IMG/VR virus record: IMGVR_UViG_3300020599_000003
Coordinates: 113,804 to 177,803 of that record
Direction: 5' to 3' (one strand)
Origin: a virus
Length of the DNA stretch: 64,000 bases
Shown: positions 45,673 to 55,359 of the stretch, in pieces
How positions within the stretch are numbered: position 1 is the stretch's first letter
Layout of the letters: each line of letters starts with the position of its first letter
The notes under the pieces: generated by a model
What the model was told of the DNA's origin: nothing
Databases searched by the model: none
The model's input: only the letters and a program-made list of their open reading frames with translations
Made by a program: the position numbers and the translations under genes

Positions 45673-46901
45673 ATGGCGAAGATCAAGTTATTTGATGGGC
45701 GTGTGCAGGCCGAGTAGCGCCAGCGCGCCGCGTTCTCGCGGGCGATGTACGACTCGTCATACACAAGAACGTTCTTGAAGGTGGAACCTTGTGCCTTGTG
45801 CGCAGTCAGGACGTGGCCGAAATCGAAGGAGGACGTGGCCGCGAGTTGCTTCCAGTGCAGCGTGTCGGGGTCGCCAGTGAAGAAATCCACCGGCACCACG
45901 ACATTGACTTCGTTGGACTCATTGCCCTGTTCACGCAAGCGCATGGAGACGACCTGTACCGTGACTTGCTCGCCTTCGGGACCAGGATCGTCCGGACCCC
46001 AGACGGACTTGTGCTCCGTCACCTCGCCTGTGTATCGGTTGGTGCGGTAGTAGAAGCACTTGTGGGTGAAGGGGCCGGTGAGGTCCAGCACTTCCCACAT
46101 CTGCCCGTTGATGAGGCCACGTGAGCGCTCGTTCTTCAGGCAGATGAGCAGTTCACCCTTTTCGGGATAGGGGCTCTTGTACTCGAATACGTCGCGGGCA
46201 CGTAGATTGAACTCACGGCGCGTGGAGTTCCTTCCGACAATGATCTTGGACTCGCCTCGGTGATCGAGGATGAGTTGATCTAAGCGACGGCGCACGCCAG
46301 CTTTCGTCACTACACGGGAGTCGCCGTAGCGGCCAACTCGCAAGCGACGACCTTCGCGGATTTCTTTCGACATCCAGATGACGGGATTGTCTTTGGCCTG
46401 CCGATGGATTTCCGTGAGCTGGTAGTCAGGCGTACAGTTGTCGTATGGCGAGTCTCCCTTGAGGGCGGGCAGTTGGAAGGGGTCGCCCATGACCAACATC
46501 GGGATGCCAAAACTGGACAGCGCGTCATCCAGTTCTTTGTCTGCCATACCACACTCGTCCAGATTGATAAGGTCCGGAGGAGACTCCAGGCTACTGCGCA
46601 ACCGATATCCCAGAAGCTGACCCTCTTCGGAGATGTCGGGCGCATAGCAGAAGGAGTGGATTGTCATCGAATCCAGACCCTTCTTGGTGAGCTCTAGCGC
46701 CGCCTTGCCTGTGAACGCTACACCTTGTGTAGCGCACCACGAGGCGACCTCTACAGCCAGGGTGGATTTCCCGGTGCCAGCGAAGCCGAATAGAATGAAC
46801 TTCTGCTTGTGGCCTGGGTCTTGCAGCCACTTGTAGATGAGGTCGAGAGCTTCAGCTTGCTGGCCCTCGAATTGAGGCGGCTCAGGCGATTGAGTCACCA
46901 T
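45669..46901 (-). CDS. SF1B helicase (Dda/RecD2-like)
   Basis: GFAGTGKS, DECGM, GDPFQLP, LTEIHRQA, LTAHKAQGS, YSACTR. Confidence 0.9.
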   Translation of the reverse strand: MVTQSPEPPQFEGQQAEALDLIYKWLQDPGHKQKFILFGFAGTGKSTLAVEVASWCATQGVAFTGKAALELTKKGLDSMTIHSFCYAPDISEEGQLLGYRLRSSLESPPDLINLDECGMADKELDDALSSFGIPMLVMGDPFQLPALKGDSPYDNCTPDYQLTEIHRQAKDNPVIWMSKEIREGRRLRVGRYGDSRVVTKAGVRRRLDQLILDHRGESKIIVGRNSTRREFNLRARDVFEYKSPYPEKGELLICLKNERSRGLINGQMWEVLDLTGPFTHKCFYYRTNRYTGEVTEHKSVWGPDDPGPEGEQVTVQVVSMRLREQGNESNEVNVVVPVDFFTGDPDTLHWKQLAATSSFDFGHVLTAHKAQGSTFKNVLVYDESYIARENAARWRYSACTRPSNNLIFAI

Positions 46902-46914
46902 GGGAGGATTCTCC

Positions 46915-48210
46915 TCAGTTGATGAAGCCCGCCGCGACAGTGTCGCCAGACTTCTTGTCAATCAGAATAAACTTGCGGCCCGGTGCGCTCTTGTAGTCGC
47001 ACTCGGGCACCAGCAGCTCGTTTTCCAACTCCAGGGCCGCCTGCGCGATGTCGTTTGTCATCAGCGAGTAGTTCTGCGTATCCACGAGCGCACCGGAGGT
47101 AGGATCAAGCAGCGACGCGCCGTACATAATCGATGCACCAGTCGAGCCCAGCTCGGTACGAATGATGTAGCCCGGATGGTCATGGACTGCGAGACTGTCG
47201 GACATCCACACCAGCGTAACCTGAAGTCGATTGTGTGGGTGCATCGGATTGTCGGCAGAGGCGATCACGTAGCCCGACTGCATCGTGGATGTCAGCCCCA
47301 CGATACCGATCTCGATGGCATCGCCTTGCACCACTTCCCCCACGTCGCGACCCAGGATGCCGAGGTAATCCACGTGCGACGTGATGACGCTCCCATTGGA
47401 ATGGCTCGGGTTGGCCTGACGATCGAACCACGGCGTGTAGACCTGCACGCGCTCACCAAGTCGCAATACACCGCTGAGGATATTGCCAACGGCACGGTTA
47501 CGCAGCTCCGACGAATGGCGGCACGGAGCCTGGATGGCGACGGTAACGCCACCTTCCGAGATGTTGTGCTGGTCGTCGGCCATGCGAGTCACGAGCTCCA
47601 TTAGTGAAGGTCGGAAGGGGTTCCCTTCCTCGCGAGCCTTGGACACGTTCTCACCGGTGAGGGCGGATATAGCGATCGTGGCGTCCTGCAAGCCTCCGGT
47701 GAATTCGTCGATCACTTCTTCGACTTGGCCGAGCCGATCGTAATCCCAAGCGAGCGTGTCGGCTTTGTTGATGACGAAGACTGTGGCAAGGCCGAAGAGG
47801 GAGCAGATGCGATAGTGGAGTTTGGTTTGAGATTCGAGTTCTTTGTGCCCGATGACGTAGTTCGGGTCGACGAGGATGAGGGCGATATCCGAGTTGGATG
47901 CGCCAGTTGCCATGTTCCGGGTGTATTCGGCGTGGCCGGGGCAGTCGGCGAGGATGAACTTGTGGGTCGGGGTCGAGAAATATCGATACGCCACGTCGAT
48001 CGTGATGCCACGTTCGCGCTCCTCGGTGAGACCGTCGGTGAACATGGCGAGATTGAGTTCGCCACGCGAGAACTGAGAATTGGTGACTGCGGCGATCTGG
48101 TCTTCCATGAGCGCCTTGGAGTCGAGCATCAGCCGTCCGATCAAGGTGGACTTACCATTGTCGACGGAGCCGCACGTGAGGATGCGGACGAGTTTCTTTT
48201 CTTGGTTCAT
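46915..48210 (-). CDS. cysN: Sulfate adenylyltransferase GTPase subunit 1
   Basis: TCGSVDNGKSTLIGRL, EERERGITIDVAYRYFST, ADCPGHAEYTRNMATGAS, FILIDK.SG.TVAAG. Confidence 0.95.
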   Translation of the reverse strand: MNQEKKLVRILTCGSVDNGKSTLIGRLMLDSKALMEDQIAAVTNSQFSRGELNLAMFTDGLTEERERGITIDVAYRYFSTPTHKFILADCPGHAEYTRNMATGASNSDIALILVDPNYVIGHKELESQTKLHYRICSLFGLATVFVINKADTLAWDYDRLGQVEEVIDEFTGGLQDATIAISALTGENVSKAREEGNPFRPSLMELVTRMADDQHNISEGGVTVAIQAPCRHSSELRNRAVGNILSGVLRLGERVQVYTPWFDRQANPSHSNGSVITSHVDYLGILGRDVGEVVQGDAIEIGIVGLTSTMQSGYVIASADNPMHPHNRLQVTLVWMSDSLAVHDHPGYIIRTELGSTGASIMYGASLLDPTSGALVDTQNYSLMTNDIAQAALELENELLVPECDYKSAPGRKFILIDKKSGDTVAAGFIN

Positions 48211-48241
48211 CAGACGTCCTTGTAGATGACGCAGGCTTGCA

Positions 48242-49159
48242 TCAGAAGTATCCCTGTTTCTTGCGCTGCTCCATGGCAGCTTCGGACGCGGCATCGTCGG
48301 CACGGGTTGCTCCGCGCTCGGAGATGGTCGTGACCATGGTTTCCTGAATGATCTTGGCAACCGTGTCCGCGTCCGAAGCCACGGGGCAGGTGCAAGTAAT
48401 GTCGCCCACGGTGCGGAAGCGGACCTTCTCACGCACGACCATTTCACCAACGCGAGACGGCATCAGGTTCGGGAAGTATGGGATCAGGCGCCTGCCGCGC
48501 AGGATCACGTTGCGCTCGTGCGCGTAGTAGATCGACGGCAGTTCGATGTTCTCGCGCTCGATATAGCGCCACACGTCGAGCTCGGTCCAGTTCGAGATGG
48601 GGAACACACGGAAGTTGTCGCCCTGCTTCGTGTCCTCACCGAACGTGGTGTTGTAGATACCCCAGAGCTCGGGGCGTTGATGTGCCGGGTCCCAGCCACC
48701 GAACTGACGACGCACAGAGAACACCCGCTCCTTGGCGCGAGCCTTCTCTTCGTCGCGGCGTGCGCCACCAATCAGAGTCGTGAACGACCCCTGTTCGATT
48801 GCGCGGCGCAAGGTCACGGACTGCGCCGAATTGCGGGACTGCCCCTCGGCGACTTCGACAGCGCCGGAGTCGATGTCATGCTGTACGTAATACGGCACAT
48901 GCTCGAACGGAGTAGTGGCAGCAGTACGTTCGATGAACGCTTCAACTTCCGGGAAGTTGTGGCCGGTGTCGATGTTTACGAGCTTGACGTGGTTGTAGTG
49001 GCACGACTCTAGCGCCCTCATGGCGATATGGCGTACCACGGCGCTGTCCTTGCCTCCGGAGAACAATAAGGCCACGCGGCCTGTGGAAGAGAACACGGCG
49101 TCGCGGATGATAGAGGCGGCTTCCGCTTCAAGCCGGTCGAGATCAGTGCGATGGGTCAT
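48242..49159 (-). CDS. cysD: Sulfate adenylyltransferase subunit 2
   Basis: LFSGGKDS, DTGHNFPEV, GGARRDEEKARAKERVFS, RVFPISNWTELDVW, FRTVGD.TCT, MEQRKKQGYF. Confidence 0.97.
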   Translation of the reverse strand: MTHRTDLDRLEAEAASIIRDAVFSSTGRVALLFSGGKDSAVVRHIAMRALESCHYNHVKLVNIDTGHNFPEVEAFIERTAATTPFEHVPYYVQHDIDSGAVEVAEGQSRNSAQSVTLRRAIEQGSFTTLIGGARRDEEKARAKERVFSVRRQFGGWDPAHQRPELWGIYNTTFGEDTKQGDNFRVFPISNWTELDVWRYIERENIELPSIYYAHERNVILRGRRLIPYFPNLMPSRVGEMVVREKVRFRTVGDITCTCPVASDADTVAKIIQETMVTTISERGATRADDAASEAAMEQRKKQGYF

Positions 49160-49161
49160 GG

Positions 49162-49500
49162 TTAACGGTTCTTGGGTTGTTCGTCCTCGTACACAAGGGC
49201 ACGAGGCTTGTGGATGTTGCCGAACTTGTCGGTGACGGAGTGAGCTTCGTTCCCGTTGAAGGTCAAGTCCCAGACGACAGTACCAGCCTCTTCCCCATCG
49301 CCAGTGAGAAGGCGAGGTACTGCCCACGCGGCAGGCCCGAGAGGGGGCCGTTGGCGCTGTACAGCCTTGGAGGGGTGCGTCAGGTGCTTGTCGCCCATCT
49401 CGGCACGGCGCTGCGCAAACTTGTCCATGAGAGATTTCCCTGCATCGCTGAGGTCGGTGAAGACGCGCTGCATCGGACGCACGGCGTAGCGTTGGCTCAT
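49162..49500 (-). CDS. Hypothetical protein
   Basis: 112 aa; RBS GGAG; immediately upstream of cysD. Confidence 0.65.
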   Translation of the reverse strand: MSQRYAVRPMQRVFTDLSDAGKSLMDKFAQRRAEMGDKHLTHPSKAVQRQRPPLGPAAWAVPRLLTGDGEEAGTVVWDLTFNGNEAHSVTDKFGNIHKPRALVYEDEQPKNR

Positions 49501-49627
49501 GATGATCTCCGTAAGAGTTGCGGGATTTACCGGGTTATTTACTGCCTGTCTGCACCGCTCACGGCATTCGCGGTGGGCGTCTTCGGATAAGTGCGTCTGT
49601 ATACCCTATAAGGACAGTCATTTGAGA

Positions 49628-51520
49628 TTACGGAACCTGCACATCAGGCGGTCCGTACTTGGCGGATTCTGCTTGTGCAGCGCGGCCCCAGATGAGGCGA
49701 CGTTCTTCCTCCAGCTTCTGTATGCGCTCCTTGTCGTCTACCTTGCGGGCACGACTGATCGCAGTCTTGATGGCATCGAGGCGCTTTCGATCCTTCGTGG
49801 TCAGGGAACTTGATCCAGGTTTCCTGTTGCCGCCGAATCTGGTCGTAGAGAACAGGCTGAATGAGTGGGATTTCATGAACGATGTGTCGATGGTAGGCAA
49901 ATCGTACATGGCTTCCTTCAGATACTCAGCCATGCGCAACGTTGGCACCATGACGAGCATCGTGGATCGTGACCGATGATTGCGAACATTGCCACGCCCC
50001 AAGCATTGAAGAGCATTGGCAACAGAGTAGTCAAAGTTCGAGTCATATCCACAGCCAGTGCGCTGATTGACTAGACCTTTGGTCAGCGTCTCCAGGACTT
50101 GACGAACTTTCGGATCAGCATTGACCGCGGCCAGATAGAAGATAGTGTTCGCGCTGATCCACTCGTTCATGCCGCGTGCTTGCGCGTGTTCCAGGTACAC
50201 CGTGTCACTGCTTCCCGACCAGCGCCGGTACGCCTTTTCCTCTTCGCCATAATTGGTGAAGACAAGTGGCCGCTCCGCACGGAAAGCATCCGCATTGCCG
50301 CGTACACTAGGTTTGCGACGGATCAGATTCTGCATCCACATATTGCGAGCTGAGACAGAGGCTTCGCACAACCATTCAACGATGTTGGAATGGATTCCGT
50401 GCTTCTTGCGTAGTACATGCTCGTGTACATTTGGAGATTGAATTGCCTCCAACTCACGCAATCTTGCCAATTGTGCCTTGAACCATTCCCTCGGGACGTC
50501 CGGAAACTTTTCCCCGATAAAGCCACGGGACAGGGATGTGATGGACAGCATGTCCGCATCATTGTTGAGTAGTGGGATCAAGACGACTCGCTTGTAGCGT
50601 GCTTGGGCTTGGACCCGCCGAATAGCCGCTTCTGGCAGGTACTTGGCTAGGAAAGTCTCCGTGTAATCGATCAGTCGTATGCGTGCGCCTTGGGACTGAT
50701 CACGCAACAGCAAGAAGAACATCTGGCTACGATCAAAATTGGCACTCAACACGAATGCATCGCGGAAGCCTTCGAACGGACGGAAGGGGATTTCTACTTG
50801 GACGACTTGGTACGTACCATCGACGTGCTTCGACAGTGCGCCATATCCAGATACGCGAGGTGGCGACCCGTCAGGCCCAGGTGAGATGCGGCAGTGGAAC
50901 TTCCACAGACGATCGAACGTGCGGGCATCGTTAACCCGTGCAATTTCAGTCCGAGCCTCTCGCGAGGTCATGGGGTTTGGGAACACCTTCCTAATGTCGG
51001 AACTAAGGAAGACGGTGCGAAACATCTTGTCGAATAGGCGCTTATCGTGTGAGGAGAAATTGACCTTCGACACTGCTGCAACCCACTGGCGGTCTTCATC
51101 AAAGATGACGGTCGTCTTCGGGAACTCAGGGTGACTACGCAACTCCAGGAATGAATGGTGCGTGATGAAGATCACACGCTTACTAGAGTCATTAAGCGCA
51201 GCCATGATGCGAGAGTTGATGTCCTGAGCGTGGGCACCGATCCTCCCGGAGTATATGCAAGCAGTACAACTCTCAAGGTGACTATGACCTGCACCATAGA
51301 TCTTGTCCATGAGGCCCTTGTAAGTCTGTAGTAGGAGGGTGATAGTCGGGGCCACATACAGGATGCGCGTACCGGGGTCTCTATCAGTACCCAGGCTGAG
51401 GAGATGTTGATACATGAAATTGATCGCAGCCTGCGTCTTCCCTACACCGGGCATGGACTGGACGTATTTGATGTCTACAACTCTGTGCGCTGGCTTCTTG
51501 TGGGATGTCTTGGTCCTCAT
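49628..51520 (-). CDS. SF2 (DExD-like) helicase, possibly origin-binding
   Basis: SMPGVGKT, YVAPT..L, FITH, VIFDED, LSAN, Q.LGRGNVR; visibly more AT-rich; start MRTKTS with RBS GGAG. Confidence 0.65.
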   Translation of the reverse strand: MRTKTSHKKPAHRVVDIKYVQSMPGVGKTQAAINFMYQHLLSLGTDRDPGTRILYVAPTITLLLQTYKGLMDKIYGAGHSHLESCTACIYSGRIGAHAQDINSRIMAALNDSSKRVIFITHHSFLELRSHPEFPKTTVIFDEDRQWVAAVSKVNFSSHDKRLFDKMFRTVFLSSDIRKVFPNPMTSREARTEIARVNDARTFDRLWKFHCRISPGPDGSPPRVSGYGALSKHVDGTYQVVQVEIPFRPFEGFRDAFVLSANFDRSQMFFLLLRDQSQGARIRLIDYTETFLAKYLPEAAIRRVQAQARYKRVVLIPLLNNDADMLSITSLSRGFIGEKFPDVPREWFKAQLARLRELEAIQSPNVHEHVLRKKHGIHSNIVEWLCEASVSARNMWMQNLIRRKPSVRGNADAFRAERPLVFTNYGEEEKAYRRWSGSSDTVYLEHAQARGMNEWISANTIFYLAAVNADPKVRQVLETLTKGLVNQRTGCGYDSNFDYSVANALQCLGRGNVRNHRSRSTMLVMVPTLRMAEYLKEAMYDLPTIDTSFMKSHSFSLFSTTRFGGNRKPGSSSLTTKDRKRLDAIKTAISRARKVDDKERIQKLEEERRLIWGRAAQAESAKYGPPDVQVP

Positions 51521-51722
51521 TGTTACTCCATGGGTCTGGACGCTATTGAGTACTTTACTACGTTCAAAACCCATCAATTTCAGTGTTACTTTTTGCCCGT
51601 TATTAAGAGGGTTGGTAACGGCCAGGCATGGACACAAGGTCCAAATCGGTTACCAAACTTAGGAAATGGCTCGTGCCGCGCTCCCATTAGGGGCGGCTCC
51701 TTCGTCGCTCGCCCCTCACCAT

Positions 51723-51750
51723 TCGGCCTTCGGCCTTCGGCCTGCGGCCT
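51723..51750. repeat. 7-bp tandem repeat (TCGGCCT x4)
   Basis: tcggcct tcggcct tcggcct gcggcct. Confidence 0.75.
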
Positions 51751-52010
51751 CATGTTACCTGCCGTTTTATAATAAGGGAAAAAGTAACACTGGTCAACCA
51801 CCGAGGGTGGGGAGCGCAGCGACCTCACCCTGGGTTGTAGAACCTCCAGCGACGGGCCACCGACATTTCCTAAGTTTGGTAACAGAAATTCTCCGCCCGC
51901 CACCTGCCCGCCCCCGCCCGCAACCCGTCTGTAGCGTCTCCGTTTGGAGGCTTTTTATTCAGCCAATTTGGCTTTGGGGAGCTCCCCAGGGCTTAACCCC
52001 GGCAAAGCCG

Positions 52011-52092
52011 GTTTTTGCTCAAAAATTGCGCAATTGGCGGGTTTTTGCTCAAAAATTGCGCAATTGGCGGGTTTTTGCTCAAAAATTGCGCA
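52011..52092. repeat. 30-bp tandem repeat x2.7 with internal palindromes (iteron-like)
   Basis: Unit gtttttgctcaaaaattgcgcaattggcgg; contains the AATTGCGCAATT palindrome. Confidence 0.9.
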
Positions 52093-52242
52093 GTTTTGGC
52101 CCCGCGCCACCGCAAAACACTCCAAAAGTGTTGTTTTTTGGCCAAAATGGCTCCAAAATGCTTTGTTTGGGGTCGTTTTGTGTTAAAATATGTCCAACGG
52201 GCAAGCCCTGTCCGTGTAACCGCCCTGTTTAGGAGAACTACC

Positions 52243-52683
52243 GTGGTACGTACCCGCGTCGTCACCAAGCAAGCCAAGAAGAAGCCCGCGAAGCCGTCGC
52301 CGATTCCGGTCGAGCTGACGTTCAAGGTCGGTCCGCAGCAAATCAAGAATCTGCTGTCCGAAGCCATGGCGGATATCGAGGAACAATTCGACATCCCCAA
52401 GTGCCCGATCTCGCTCGACATGCTGCGCGGCGACAAGGTCTTCATGAAGGAGCTGTCCAAGCTCGTCCGCCAGCAATTGCTGTACACTCTCAGCGACGTG
52501 CGCCGCATGGACGACACCGTCCAGGACTTGTCGGATGCCATCGTCCGCAAGCACCGCCCGGCGCTCGAGAAGGCTAAGGAGGAAGCCGAAGCGATCCGCA
52601 GGGAACAGAAGGTGGACTTGCAAGTCCCCCGCAAGAATGCCGAAGCGGCCCGCCGCCTGCTGAGCGAAAAGGGTCTGCTGTAA
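52243..52683 (+). CDS. Hypothetical protein (first plus-strand gene)
   Basis: RBS AGGAGA then GTG 52243; MVRTRVVTKQAKKKP... Confidence 0.75.
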   Translation: MVRTRVVTKQAKKKPAKPSPIPVELTFKVGPQQIKNLLSEAMADIEEQFDIPKCPISLDMLRGDKVFMKELSKLVRQQLLYTLSDVRRMDDTVQDLSDAIVRKHRPALEKAKEEAEAIRREQKVDLQVPRKNAEAARRLLSEKGLL

Positions 52684-52805
52684 ATAACCGCATTCAACAA
52701 GGAGTAATGCCTATCGGGTAGCATCATCCAGGCGCATTACGGGGGTCGGTTCCCCGTAGTGCCCCTCAGTGATTCCACCTCGTCCCATCCAACTAAGGAC
52801 TATCC

Positions 52806-53198
52806 ATGCTTCTCGCAACCTTCCGTGCTGATGCAACCGCCATTCGCCTGCTCTCCCAGCAATTCAACCAGATGTGCGATTTGTGGCCCGAGCTGAACCA
52901 CGGCCACAAACTCACGTTCATCCCCGGCAACCCGGAATGTGCCGTGTCCGGTGATTCCAACTCGGTCATGCGCTTCATCGGCACCGTTGCCAGCTTCGGT
53001 TCTAATTGTCTGGTCAAGGTCGGTCCGCAGCAAAGCAAGAATCTGCTGTCCGAAGCCGCGCCGGATGACAAGGAGATACGCATGAATGGATTTGAATTCA
53101 GTCACTACGAAACATGCTACGACAACCACGGTTGCGCATGGGTCAAGGCATGGTATGTCGGGCCAGACGGCACGAGAAAGTGGTTGCCTGCGGACTGA
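52806..53198 (+). CDS. Hypothetical, apparently chimeric ORF
   Basis: Contains a 44-bp near-copy of the upstream gene and an internal RBS+ATG near 53081. Confidence 0.55.
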   Translation: MLLATFRADATAIRLLSQQFNQMCDLWPELNHGHKLTFIPGNPECAVSGDSNSVMRFIGTVASFGSNCLVKVGPQQSKNLLSEAAPDDKEIRMNGFEFSHYETCYDNHGCAWVKAWYVGPDGTRKWLPAD

Positions 53199-53317
53199 TG
53201 TCGCGCCGTTACGCCGGATCAATACTACGGTGCCGCATTCTACCGCCTGCAAGCCTAATCCAACCTCGGCGGGTTCGCCCGCCACCCTCCCCTCCCAAGT
53301 ATCCAGAGGTCAACACC

Positions 53318-53767
53318 ATGAAGATCATCGTCAAATCCAACACCCGCGCCACCATCCAACTCAACAAGGACGCCATGTTCTACGTCGGCCGCTTCGTTCG
53401 CGACGGCAAGATCGTCTTCAAAGGCGCCGACTTCGGCGACTTCCTCGCACAAGGCTTCGGCTGGTTCCAACTGGCCTCCGATCGTCTGAAGAGTGCGGTG
53501 TTGCTGGTCCGCTCGTGCATGAACGTGTACCGCAAGTATCGCGACGGTGAACTGCGGGCATTGCTCGCCATCAAGCAAGGCGCGCAGGTCATCGCTGTCA
53601 CGTACAATCACTCACCCTTCGTGCAATACACCCTGGCCCCGCGCATCGAGCCTGTGCGTAAGCAGGTACGGCGTATCCAGGAGTCCGCGCTGCGGAGGCC
53701 TCTCCTCGGCATGAGGCCCACCAATGCCCAACTGTCCGCCCTCGTCAACAAGTTCGCCAAGGTTTAA
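53318..53767 (+). CDS. Hypothetical protein
   Basis: RBS GAGG then ATG 53318; C-terminal LSALVNKFAKV. Confidence 0.7.
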   Translation: MKIIVKSNTRATIQLNKDAMFYVGRFVRDGKIVFKGADFGDFLAQGFGWFQLASDRLKSAVLLVRSCMNVYRKYRDGELRALLAIKQGAQVIAVTYNHSPFVQYTLAPRIEPVRKQVRRIQESALRRPLLGMRPTNAQLSALVNKFAKV

Positions 53768-53929
53768 CATGGATGTCGTCTCTACCCTCGATGCCGCACC
53801 TGCGGGCGCGACATTCGCTGACTCTCATCCTCGCACCAACTGAATGCTCAAGCCAAGAACACGATCTCGTCGGCACAGAGCATCATTGGTGATGACGAGA
53901 TCCCCGTCGCGCTCGACGACGAAAAAGGA

Positions 53930-54361
53930 ATGACTGTGGATTTCACCAAAGACCAACTGATCGACGCTCTGCGTAGGTTGATGAGCAACCCCAACGAACT
54001 CATCGAGTTCTACTATGGTGCCGATTGTCGGCAGACCGTGATCGCGAAGATCCGGTTCCAGAACACCCACGGTGGTATGCAATTCAGCCTGCGCATCGTG
54101 TCCGAGCGCGGCGAGGGTTCCGGCATCTACTATCCGCCAGATTGTCTGGAGGAGGTTGCCGAGTACGGAATGTGTTTCGCTCAGACACGTAGTAAATCAC
54201 TTCCTGTGGGTTATGCTTCGGTCAGCCACCTGTTCGAGATTCGTTTCCGACTCGCACCAAACTACTACACGCTAGGTGTGCACTCCTTTGACCCCGACGC
54301 CATCTCCGACATGAAAGATGCCGAAGTAATCACCCTCACCCTTCCGGAGCAAACCAAATGA
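53930..54361 (+). CDS. Hypothetical protein
   Basis: 143 aa; overlaps the next gene. Confidence 0.65.
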   Translation: MTVDFTKDQLIDALRRLMSNPNELIEFYYGADCRQTVIAKIRFQNTHGGMQFSLRIVSERGEGSGIYYPPDCLEEVAEYGMCFAQTRSKSLPVGYASVSHLFEIRFRLAPNYYTLGVHSFDPDAISDMKDAEVITLTLPEQTK

Positions 54362-54582
54362 AAACTCTGATCGCCGTCCTCACACTCGCAATCCTCACCG
54401 GATGCTCCGCCTCGTACAACAACCTCAAGTTCATGTCACGCACCGAGGTGTCCGAGGCCATTCGCTACTGCGAAGAGCAGGGGCAGCGCCCGTCCGTCAC
54501 CACGGTTCAGACGTGGTTCGGGAACGGATGGGTGGATAGCCCTGTCAACGTAGTGTGCTTCCCGAAGAGCCAACGCCACTGA
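54358..54582 (+). CDS. Small lipoprotein
   Basis: MKTLIAVLTLAILTGC lipobox. Confidence 0.75.
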   Translation: MKTLIAVLTLAILTGCSASYNNLKFMSRTEVSEAIRYCEEQGQRPSVTTVQTWFGNGWVDSPVNVVCFPKSQRH

Positions 54583-54836
54583 TGGAATACATCACAGTCA
54601 TGCTCACCACCTTCGTCAGCGCGACGTTGCGTGGCACGCAGAACAAGAACGTCATCGGCAATCACAGAGCATTGGCGTTCTTCACGGCGATCCTGATGTA
54701 CACTGTTGACGCCGCCACGGTCGTATTCGTGGCAAAAGTGGGCCTTTCACTGGCCCCGTTCGCAGGCATCAGTGCGGGTTTTGGCTACATCGCATCGATG
54801 TATCTACATCGCCTCCTCTCTAGGAGAAAGAAATGA
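54582..54836 (+). CDS. Small membrane protein
   Basis: Three hydrophobic segments; start MEYITV. Confidence 0.7.
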   Translation: MEYITVMLTTFVSATLRGTQNKNVIGNHRALAFFTAILMYTVDAATVVFVAKVGLSLAPFAGISAGFGYIASMYLHRLLSRRKK

Positions 54837-55342
54837 ATCACGAGCTCGCAGCACGGCTCACAGTCTGGGTGGATGAATTCTGGAGACCCAATGCTGAGGA
54901 TATCGACCGCGTGAAAGAAGCCGAGATCAAGTCTGCCCTGGGCGATTTCTTGGAGCATGTGGGACGTAGACCCCGTCCCAAGCTCGTTGTCGATTTGAAG
55001 CAAATCCGAGGTGACGAGTCCCACGATTTCGGGAGCCGAGTTCTCGCATCGCACGCTATGCGCCTTGGCCTCTCGTTCCAATTGGACGCATTTGCCTTCC
55101 TCAGAGGTTGCTGCGATTCCCCTGGCGATATTGTCATGTACTTGGTGGCAATCGCCCACCGTCATGCAGCGAATGACGCCCGCGGTCTGGATGTTCCTCT
55201 ATCCTTGGAGTCGGTCGAGTCCTTCATCTCCGACGCCATCTGGAACAAGGCCCGTCTGGCACGTCACTGGGATCAGCAGAAACTGGAAAACGGCGGCAAC
55301 CTCCTCGATTTGGTCGAACCCTCGTGGTTCGTTTCGTCGTAG
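54833..55342 (+). CDS. Hypothetical protein
   Basis: 169 aa; C-terminal WD.QK...GGNLLD. Confidence 0.7.
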   Translation: MNHELAARLTVWVDEFWRPNAEDIDRVKEAEIKSALGDFLEHVGRRPRPKLVVDLKQIRGDESHDFGSRVLASHAMRLGLSFQLDAFAFLRGCCDSPGDIVMYLVAIAHRHAANDARGLDVPLSLESVESFISDAIWNKARLARHWDQQKLENGGNLLDLVEPSWFVSS

Positions 55343-55359
55343 TCCTTCAAGGAACTACC

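Noticed and set aside
48242-49159. Dnd/Ssp phosphorothioation (DndC-like PAPS-reductase domain)
   Set aside because: The protein is a canonical CysD paired with CysN; no cysteine desulfurase, DndD or DndE is seen.
52011-52092. CRISPR-like array
   Set aside because: The repeats are contiguous with no unique spacers, and no cas genes are present.
53768-53930. Possible decayed CxxC gene (YPRCRTCGRDIR*L...)
   Set aside because: It needs both a frameshift and a read-through with no recognisable family, so support is too weak.
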